Origin: a virus
Strand: one strand, 5' to 3'
DNA length: 30,952 bases
UHGV virus genome: UHGV-0110025
In this document: positions 24,411 through 30,952 of the stretch, piece by piece
How the letters are laid out: each line of letters starts with the position of its first letter
Numbering within the stretch: the first letter of the stretch is position 1
Position numbers and translations under genes: made by a program
The notes under the pieces: model-generated
Told to the model about the DNA's origin: nothing
Database searches by the model: none
Seen by the model: the letters and a program-made list of their open reading frames with translations, nothing else

Positions 24411-24434
24411 GGCGGGCTGATGCCCGTCTTTTTT
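24411..24434 (+). terminator. Rho-independent terminator after G
   Basis: GGCGGGC-tgat-GCCCGTC (one G-U pair) followed by TTTTTT. Confidence 0.8.
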
Positions 24435-24536
24435 ATGATTTGTTTATGTGCCATCCCCTACCCATCGCCGATAAATAGCCCCTCAACAGACCAGCCAGGA
24501 CAATAACACTTGCCCACTAACCACGGAGTTAACCGG

Positions 24537-25715
24537 ATGAGTGATTTTCACCACGGCGTGCAGGTGCTTGAGATTAACGACGGCACCCGCGTCATTTCCA
24601 CTGTTGCAACCGCAATCGTCGGCATGGTCTGTACAGCCAGCGATGCGGATGCGGCAACCTTTCCCCTCAACGAGCCGGTACTGATTACCAATGTGCAAAG
24701 CGCCATTGCGAAAGCCGGTAAAAAAGGCACTCTGGCCGCGTCCCTGCAGGCCATCGCCGACCAGTCAAAACCTGTCACAGTTGTCGTGCGTGTTGCCGAA
24801 GGTACCGGAGAAGACGCCGAAGCGCAGACCATTTCCAATATCATCGGCGGCACGGATGAGAACGGTAAATATACCGGCATCAAGGCGCTGTTGACTGCCG
24901 AAGCAGTCACCGGCGTTAAGCCGCGCATTCTCGGCGTGCCGGGTCTCGATACCAAAGAGGTCGCAGTCGCACTTGCTTCGGTCTGTATCAGCCTGCGCGC
25001 GTTTGGTTATGTCAGCGCATGGGGTTGTAAAACCATTTCCGAGGCGATGGTCTATCGCGAGAATTTCAGCCAGCGCGAGCTGATGGTCATCTGGCCTGAT
25101 TTCCTTGCATGGGATACCACCACAAACGCCACCGCACCGGCATACGCAACTGCGCGCGCACTCGGCCTGCGTGCCTATATCGACCAGACCGTCGGCTGGC
25201 ACAAAACCCTGTCTAACGTCGGCGTGCAGGGTGTCACCGGCATCAGTGCGTCAGTGTTTTGGGATTTGCAGGCATCCGGCACCGATGCTGATCTGCTCAA
25301 CGAGGCCGGGGTCACGACACTGGTGCGTAAGGATGGCTTCCGCTTTTGGGGTAACCGCACCTGCTCTGATGACCCGCTTTTCCTGTTTGAGAACTACACC
25401 CGCACCGCGCAGGTGCTGGCCGACACGATGGCCGAGGCGCACATGTGGGCGGTCGATAAGCCCATCACCGCATCACTTATCCGTGACATTGTCGACGGCA
25501 TTAACGCCAAATTCCGCGAGCTGAAATCAAACGGCTACATCGTGGACGGTGAATGCTGGTTCGACGAGGAATCGAACGATAAGGAAACCCTCAAGGCCGG
25601 GAAACTGTATATCGACTACGACTATACACCGGTTCCACCACTGGAAAGCCTAACCCTGCGCCAGCGTATCACCGATAAATATCTGGTGGATCTGGCCGAA
25701 TCGGTCAACAGCTAA
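24537..25715 (+). CDS. FI: Contractile tail sheath protein gpFI
   Basis: ORF 24510..25715 trimmed to the ATG at 24537 (GGAG SD). MSDFHHGVQVLEINDGTR is the conserved gpFI N-terminus. 392 aa. Confidence 0.95.
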   Translation: MSDFHHGVQVLEINDGTRVISTVATAIVGMVCTASDADAATFPLNEPVLITNVQSAIAKAGKKGTLAASLQAIADQSKPVTVVVRVAEGTGEDAEAQTISNIIGGTDENGKYTGIKALLTAEAVTGVKPRILGVPGLDTKEVAVALASVCISLRAFGYVSAWGCKTISEAMVYRENFSQRELMVIWPDFLAWDTTTNATAPAYATARALGLRAYIDQTVGWHKTLSNVGVQGVTGISASVFWDLQASGTDADLLNEAGVTTLVRKDGFRFWGNRTCSDDPLFLFENYTRTAQVLADTMAEAHMWAVDKPITASLIRDIVDGINAKFRELKSNGYIVDGECWFDEESNDKETLKAGKLYIDYDYTPVPPLESLTLRQRITDKYLVDLAESVNS

Positions 25716-25730
25716 GGAGCCTGAAACAAC

Positions 25731-26249
25731 ATGGCACTACCCCGCAAACTTAAATATCTGAACATGTTCAATGACGGCCTTAGCTACATGGGCGTTGTGG
25801 AATCCGTGACGCTGCCGAAGCTGACCCGCAAGCTCGAAAACTATCGCGGCGGCGGCATGAATGGCGCGGCGGCGATTGACCTTGGTCTCGACGATGATGC
25901 GCTCACCGTCGAATGGTCTGTCGGTGGCCTGCCTGATGTGGCGCTGTGGGCGCAGTACGCCGCGCCGGGTGCTGACGCAGTGCCGTTGCGTTTTGCTGGC
26001 TCTTACCAACGTGACGACACTGGCGAAATCGTGGCGGTCGAGGTGGTCATGCGTGGCCGTCATAAAGAAATCGACGGCGGCGAGAATAAGCAGGGTGAAA
26101 ACACCTCGACCAAACTGTCGACCGTATGCACCTATTACCGCCTCACGATTGATGGTAGCGACGTCATCGAAATCGACACCGTCAACATGGTTGAGAAGGT
26201 GAACGGCGTCGACCGTCTGGAACAGCACCGCCGCGCAATCGGGCTGTAA
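25731..26249 (+). CDS. FII: Tail tube protein gpFII
   Basis: 172 aa. MALPRKLKYLNMFNDG is the conserved gpFII N-terminus. Confidence 0.94.
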   Translation: MALPRKLKYLNMFNDGLSYMGVVESVTLPKLTRKLENYRGGGMNGAAAIDLGLDDDALTVEWSVGGLPDVALWAQYAAPGADAVPLRFAGSYQRDDTGEIVAVEVVMRGRHKEIDGGENKQGENTSTKLSTVCTYYRLTIDGSDVIEIDTVNMVEKVNGVDRLEQHRRAIGL

Positions 26250-26257
26250 TTCCCTGG

Positions 26258-26278
26258 CCGGTCAGCACTGCTGGCCGG
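26258..26278 (+). other. Stem-loop between FII and E, possible attenuator
   Basis: CCGGTCAGC-act-GCTGGCCGG is a 9-bp stem with one G-U pair, followed by TTATTAAT. Confidence 0.45.
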
Positions 26279-26312
26279 TTATTAATCCCCATTCAGAGCA
26301 GAGAAAAACATC

Positions 26313-26648
26313 ATGGCAAAAGCACCACGTAAAACCGCTGAATTTGTTGATATGGCTGGCAATGAAATTGACACCGTAAACCCGAACGTCGTGACCCTCG
26401 ACAAGCCGATTAAGCGCGCCGGTCAGACGATTGATAAAGTCACACTGATTGAGCCGAACGCCGGTACCCTGCGCGGTGTCAGTCTGGCAGCGGTGGCGCA
26501 GTCCGAAGTCGATGCGCTGATTAAGGTATTGCCACGCATGACCTACCCCGCGCTTACGGCGCAGGAGCTTACCGCAATGAACCTGCCCGATATGCTGTCG
26601 CTGGCCGCTAAGGTGATTAGTTTTTTGTCACCGGCTTCGGCGGAGTAG
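26313..26648 (+). CDS. E: Tail assembly chaperone gpE
   Basis: 111 aa, position upstream of the tape measure gene. Contains the slippery site near its 3' end. Confidence 0.9.
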   Translation: MAKAPRKTAEFVDMAGNEIDTVNPNVVTLDKPIKRAGQTIDKVTLIEPNAGTLRGVSLAAVAQSEVDALIKVLPRMTYPALTAQELTAMNLPDMLSLAAKVISFLSPASAE

Positions 26649-26800
26649 ATTTCCCGCCCGACCTGTCGACCGATGACCTGATGGCGGATATCGCGGTGAT
26701 ATTCCACTGGCCGCTATCAGATCTCTATTCCCTGAGCCTGACCGAGCTCATCACATGGCGCGAAAAGGCGCTGCAGCGTAGCGGACACCACAATGAGTAA
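26313..26800 (+). CDS. E': Frameshift-extended tail chaperone gpE+E'
   Basis: A -1 shift at T TTT TTG (26621-26627) opens a 57-codon frame: VTGFGGVDFPPDLSTDDLMADIAVIFHWPLSDLYSLSLTELITWREKALQRSGHHNE. It ends at TAA 26798-26800, overlapping the T start. This sequence resembles P2 E'. Confidence 0.8.
26621..26627 (+). promoter_or_regulatory. Programmed -1 ribosomal frameshift slippery heptamer
   Basis: T TTT TTG in the E zero frame (AGT TTT TTG). This is the conserved tail-chaperone frameshift arrangement. Confidence 0.8.
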
Positions 26801-29237
26801 TAACCTGAGACTTGAGGTTTTGCTGAAAGCGGTCGACCAGGCGACCCGACCGCTTAAATCCATCCAGACCGCGAGTAAAACCCTGTCGGGCGATATTCGC
26901 GACACACAAAAAGGGCTGCGTGACCTGAACGGGCAGGCCGCGAAAATCGACGGCTTTCGCAAAACCAGCGCTCAACTGGCCGTAACCGGCCAGTCGCTGG
27001 AGAAGGCAAAGCGCGAGGCTGAAGCGCTTGCCACGCAATTCAAAAATACTGAGCGCCCGACGCGAGCGCAGGCACAGGTGCTCGAATCCGCAAAACGTGC
27101 CGCCGAGGGGCTGCAGGTTAAATACAACAGCCTCACCGAGTCGGTTAAACGCCAGCAACGCGAGCTGGGTGCCGCCGGTATCAATACCCGCAATCTGGCA
27201 AACGATGAGCGGGGGCTTAAAACACGTATCAGCGAGACGACGGCGCAGCTCAACCGGCAGCGTGAAGCATTGGCGAAGGTCAGCGCACAGCAGGCGCACC
27301 TAAACCGAGTGAAAGAGCGATATAAATCGGGTAAGGAGCTTGCCGGTAACATGGCCGCTGCAGGTGCTGCCGGGGTCGGTATTGCGACAGCGGGAACGAT
27401 GGCCGGGGTTAAATTGCTGATGCCCGGTTATGACTTTGCGCAAAAAAACTCCGAGCTGCAGGCTGTGCTCGGGGTCGATAAGCAGTCGCCAGAAATGCAG
27501 GCGTTACGCAAACAGGCGCGCCAGCTCGGTGACAATACAGCCGCTTCTGCTGATGATGCAGCCAGTGCGCAGATTATCATTGCAAAAGGTGGTGGTGATG
27601 CGGCGGCTATAGCGGCCATGACACCTGTGACTCTCAACCTGTCGCTTGCAAACAAAAAAACAATGGAGGAAAACGCGCAACTGTTGATGGGGACAAAAGC
27701 CGCCTTTCAACTTTCTAATGACGCGGCTGCACATATCGGTGATGTTCTTTCAACCACGATGAACAAAACCACCGCTGATTTTCAGGGACTAAGTGACTCA
27801 TTAAGTTACCTTGCCCCTGTTGCGAAAAATGCTGGGGTGAGTCTTGAACAGGCGGCGGCGATTACCGGCACACTTCATGATAATAACATCAGGGGGTCAA
27901 TGGCTGGGACTGGCGGCGCTGCTGTTATAACGAGACTACAGGCACCCACAGGCAAAGCATACGATGCTCTCAAAGAGCTGGGAGTTAAAACCTCAGACAG
28001 CAAAGGCAATACGCGCCCGCTATTTACCATCCTGAAAGAAATGCAGGCCAGTTTTAAGCGCAACAATCTTGGTACCTCACAAAAGGCCGAGTACGTGAAA
28101 ACGATATTCGGCGAGGAGGCTATGAAGTCTGCAAGTGTCCTTATGGCGGCAGCGGCAAGCGGAAAACTCGATAAGCTAACTGCCACGATAAAGGATTCAG
28201 ACGGTAAAACAGAGGAGCTGGTCAAGGTTATGCAGGATAACCTCGGCGGCGACTTCAAGGAGTTCCAGTCAGCATATGAGGCGGTCGGCACTGACCTCTA
28301 TGACCAGCAAGATAGCTCATTGCGTCAGCTAACTCAGACAGCAACACGGTATGTGCTAAGGCTTGATGACTGGATCAAAGACAACAAGGAGTTAGCGGAA
28401 ACTATCGGCATCATCGCCGGTGGTGCGCTGGCGCTGATTGGTATCATCGGCGGCATTGGTCTCGTTGCGTGGCCGGTTGTCATGGGGATTAATGCAATTA
28501 TCGCCGCTGCTGGCGTGCTGGGTACGGTCTTTACTGTCGTCGGTAGTGCCATTGCGACAGCGCTCGGTGCGATTACCTGGCCGATAGTGGCCGTCGGTGC
28601 GGCGATTGTGGCGGGGGCGCTACTCATCCGTAAATATTGGGAGCCCATCAGCGCATTTTTCTCGGGAGTGATTGAAGGCATCATGAGTGCCTTTGCCCCA
28701 GTCGGGGAAATGTTAGCTCCACTGGCTCCCATTTTTGATGGTCTCGGCGAGAAACTGCGCGGCGTCTGGCAGTGGTTTAAAGACCTGATAGCACCGGTTA
28801 AGGCCACGCAGGAAACGCTTGATAGCTGCAAAAATGTCGGCGTCATATTTGGTCAGGCACTGGCCTCTGCCTTGATGGCTCCGCTCAATGTTTTTAACAA
28901 GCTGCGCAGCGGTGTCGACTGGCTTCTCGAAAAGCTCGGCATCATCAACAAAGAGTCGGACAGCCTCGACCAGACCGCCGCCAAAACCAATGCCGCCACA
29001 CAGGGTAATTCCTACATCCCGGCAACCAGCACATATGGCGGCTATCAGGCTTATCAGCCAGTTACCGCACCGGCGGGGCGCTCTTACATTGACCAGAGCA
29101 AAAGCGAATACAACATCAATCTGCCGGGAGGTGTTGCGCCGGGGCATCAGCTTGACAGACAACTACGCGACACGCTCGAACAGATTGAGCGCGATAAACG
29201 CGCCCGCCAGCGTGCCAACATGACCCACGACTATTGA
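26793..29237 (+). CDS. T: Tail tape measure protein gpT
   Basis: 814 aa. Ala/Gly-rich with a central hydrophobic glycine-zipper region. Position after E/E'. Confidence 0.94.
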   Translation: MSNNLRLEVLLKAVDQATRPLKSIQTASKTLSGDIRDTQKGLRDLNGQAAKIDGFRKTSAQLAVTGQSLEKAKREAEALATQFKNTERPTRAQAQVLESAKRAAEGLQVKYNSLTESVKRQQRELGAAGINTRNLANDERGLKTRISETTAQLNRQREALAKVSAQQAHLNRVKERYKSGKELAGNMAAAGAAGVGIATAGTMAGVKLLMPGYDFAQKNSELQAVLGVDKQSPEMQALRKQARQLGDNTAASADDAASAQIIIAKGGGDAAAIAAMTPVTLNLSLANKKTMEENAQLLMGTKAAFQLSNDAAAHIGDVLSTTMNKTTADFQGLSDSLSYLAPVAKNAGVSLEQAAAITGTLHDNNIRGSMAGTGGAAVITRLQAPTGKAYDALKELGVKTSDSKGNTRPLFTILKEMQASFKRNNLGTSQKAEYVKTIFGEEAMKSASVLMAAAASGKLDKLTATIKDSDGKTEELVKVMQDNLGGDFKEFQSAYEAVGTDLYDQQDSSLRQLTQTATRYVLRLDDWIKDNKELAETIGIIAGGALALIGIIGGIGLVAWPVVMGINAIIAAAGVLGTVFTVVGSAIATALGAITWPIVAVGAAIVAGALLIRKYWEPISAFFSGVIEGIMSAFAPVGEMLAPLAPIFDGLGEKLRGVWQWFKDLIAPVKATQETLDSCKNVGVIFGQALASALMAPLNVFNKLRSGVDWLLEKLGIINKESDSLDQTAAKTNAATQGNSYIPATSTYGGYQAYQPVTAPAGRSYIDQSKSEYNINLPGGVAPGHQLDRQLRDTLEQIERDKRARQRANMTHDY

Positions 29238-29250
29238 GGGGGATTAAACG

Positions 29251-29736
29251 ATGATGCTTGCTCTCGGAATGTTTGTGTTTGAACTTCGCACCCTGCCTTA
29301 CCAGTCGATGCAGCATTCGAAAGATTATCGCTGGATGTCCAATGACCGGGTGGGTAAACCACCTGCCTATCAGTTTCTTGGCGAGGGGGAAACCTCTATA
29401 CAGCTTGCTGGTACGCTATACCCCGCTATCACTGGCGGTTGGATCTCACTAAAGGCTGTAGAGGTGATGGCCAATGAAGGCAGAGCGTGGCCGTTGATAG
29501 AGGGAACCGGAAATATCCTCGGGATGTATATCGTCGATAAAGTATCGACTACACGCACCGAGTTTTTCAGTGATGGTGCGGCCAGAAAGATTGATTTCAC
29601 GCTTTCGCTAAAACGGGTTGATGAATCGCTGACAGAGATGTTTGGTGACCTGAATAAACAGGCCAGTGAGCTTCTCGGCTCTGCCGGTAATTTGACAGAT
29701 AAACTGCAGGGTATGCCCGGAGGTTTCACTGCATGA
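29251..29736 (+). CDS. U: Tail protein gpU
   Basis: 161 aa. MMLALGMFVFELRTLPYQ is the conserved gpU N-terminus. GAGGGGG SD. Confidence 0.9.
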   Translation: MMLALGMFVFELRTLPYQSMQHSKDYRWMSNDRVGKPPAYQFLGEGETSIQLAGTLYPAITGGWISLKAVEVMANEGRAWPLIEGTGNILGMYIVDKVSTTRTEFFSDGAARKIDFTLSLKRVDESLTEMFGDLNKQASELLGSAGNLTDKLQGMPGGFTA

Positions 29737-30902
29737 TAACGGGGATGGCAATTGACGCCGGTGCCAGCCTTGCACCGGCATTTATGTTGACGCTGAACAG
29801 CCAGGACATTACCAGCAATTTTAGTGACCGATTGATTTCTCTCACCATGACCGATAACCGGGGTTTTGAGGCTGACCAGCTCGATATTGAGCTTGATGAT
29901 ACCGACGGGAAAGTTGAGTTACCCCTGCGCGGGGCAGTGCTGACGCTGTGGCTTGGCTGGCAGGGCTCGGCGTTGCTGAATAAGGGGGATTTTACGGTCG
30001 ATGAGATTGAGCACCGGGGAGCGCCTGACACCCTGACCATCCGGGCGCGCAGCGCGGACTTTCGCGGCACGCTAAATTCCAGGCGTGAAGAGTCATGGCA
30101 TGACACCACCATCGGAGAACTGGTCAGCACCATCGCAAAACGCAATAAACTGACGGCCAGTGTCGCTGATTCACTGAAAAAAATCCCGGTACCGCATATC
30201 GACCAGTCGCAGGAGTCCGACGCGGTGTTTCTGACCCGGCTAGCTGACCGAAACGGAGCTGCGGTGTCAGTGAAAGCGGGGAAATTGCTGTTTCTGAAAG
30301 CCGGTAGTGCGATGACGGCCAGCGGCAGAGCCATCCCGCAAATGACGCTGACCCGTAGCAATGGTGACCGTCATCAATTTGCTATTGCCGACCGTGGGGC
30401 TTATACCGGCGTAACGGCAAAATGGTTGCACACTAAAGACCCGAAGCCGCAAAAGCAAAAAGTGACGCTGAAACGCCAGCCAAAAGAGAAACACCTACGC
30501 GCACTGGAGCACCCGAAAGCAAAGCCTGTCAGCAAAAAGACAAAGGCCAAAAAAGAGCAGGAGGCTCGCGAGGGTGAGTATATGGCCGGTGAAGCCGATA
30601 ACGTGCTGGCGCTGACAACGGTCTACGCATCAAAGGCGCAGGCGATGCGTGCCGCTCAGGCTAAGTGGGATAAACTGCAGCGAGGCGTTGCGGAGTTTTC
30701 AATCACACTGGCGCTAGGGCGAGCGGATTTATTTCCTGAGACGCCTGTACGTGTGTCGGGCTTTAAGCGCGTAATAGACGAACAGGTATGGTTAATCAGT
30801 AAAGTAACTCACATTCTGAATAATAGTGGCTTCACGACGGGGTTAGAGCTTGAGGTTAAGCTATCTGATATAGAGTACAGCTCAGAGGAAAGCGAAATAT
30901 AA
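29733..30902 (+). CDS. D: Late/tail protein gpD
   Basis: 389 aa, ATGA overlap with U. Last gene of the P2 FI operon. Confidence 0.93.
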   Translation: MITGMAIDAGASLAPAFMLTLNSQDITSNFSDRLISLTMTDNRGFEADQLDIELDDTDGKVELPLRGAVLTLWLGWQGSALLNKGDFTVDEIEHRGAPDTLTIRARSADFRGTLNSRREESWHDTTIGELVSTIAKRNKLTASVADSLKKIPVPHIDQSQESDAVFLTRLADRNGAAVSVKAGKLLFLKAGSAMTASGRAIPQMTLTRSNGDRHQFAIADRGAYTGVTAKWLHTKDPKPQKQKVTLKRQPKEKHLRALEHPKAKPVSKKTKAKKEQEAREGEYMAGEADNVLALTTVYASKAQAMRAAQAKWDKLQRGVAEFSITLALGRADLFPETPVRVSGFKRVIDEQVWLISKVTHILNNSGFTTGLELEVKLSDIEYSSEESEI

Positions 30903-30952
30903 AAAAGCAAATCATAACTTGCAAATGCAATTTTAGAGTTTATTATTCCCTC

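Larger units (their letters stand above)
1..30952. mobile_element. P2/186-family temperate myophage prophage, int through D; the window is entirely inside the element
   Basis: Complete P2 gene order (int, repressor, A, cos, Q P O N M L X Y K lysB lysC R S V W J I H G FI FII E T U D). Proteins are recognisably similar to P2/186 proteins. No ogr/B-like zinc-finger ORF and no obvious host gene in the window. Confidence 0.95.

Noticed and set aside
11696-30361. Many 60-280-aa ORFs antisense to or overlapping the late genes, e.g. 11696..12112, 12000..12629, 14449..15066, 15896..16543, 20520..21350, 22510..23091, 22977..23555, 24765..25202, 25737..26228, 26751..27299, 28334..28846, 29726..30361.
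   Set aside because: Each lies within a gene whose product is clearly a conserved P2 structural protein. Their Arg/Ala/Pro/Gly-rich composition is what GC-rich antisense frames produce. They have no SDs and no recognisable motifs.
1-30952. A scan for tRNA/tmRNA fragments at the int end, CRISPR-like spaced repeats, IS termini and transposase genes.
   Set aside because: Nothing tRNA-like lies within 1-49. There are no regularly spaced repeats anywhere, and no transposase-like ORF. The only recombinase is the phage integrase.

Overview
The whole window lies inside one P2/186-family (Peduovirus-like) temperate myophage prophage. It runs from the integrase end to tail gene D; the late activator (ogr/B) and attR are not in the window.

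Layout:
- 50-6588: a 186-type lysogeny and early region: int, a secreted cargo protein, a cI-like repressor (all minus strand), then apl/cox-like, cII, fil, small early ORFs, a TraR-like zinc finger and replication endonuclease A.
- 6649-7148: a LexA-boxed SOS operon with a DinI/Tum-like gene that appears frameshifted.
- 7149-8947: an AT-rich accessory island.
- 9074-9092: the 19-nt cos site.
- 9295-10393: a second AT-rich island.
- 10394-30902: the canonical P2 late gene order Q P / O N M L X Y K lysB lysC R S / [third AT-rich island 19090-20532] / V W J I H G / FI FII E E' T U D.

The core genes are recognisable by eye from conserved P2/186 protein sequences and synteny. No tRNA, rRNA, CRISPR array or IS element was seen.

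The best candidates for an undescribed system are the three AT-rich islands at classic P2 variable loci:
1. An antisense 4-TM membrane protein plus HIT-family (His-triad) enzyme pair between S and V.
2. A translationally coupled 171-aa plus 362-aa pair of unrecognisable proteins between the SOS operon and cos, where tin/old sit in P2.
3. A single HExxH-motif protein with its own good sigma70 promoter, wedged between cos and the portal gene.

Secondary points of interest are a repressor with a tandemly duplicated HTH domain facing two operators 21 bp apart, the split Tum/DinI-like gene behind a strong LexA box, and a DUF2511/YebY-like secreted protein inside the cI-int lysogenic operon.

All G+C statements are by-eye estimates. 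All homology statements come from memory of the families, not from searches.
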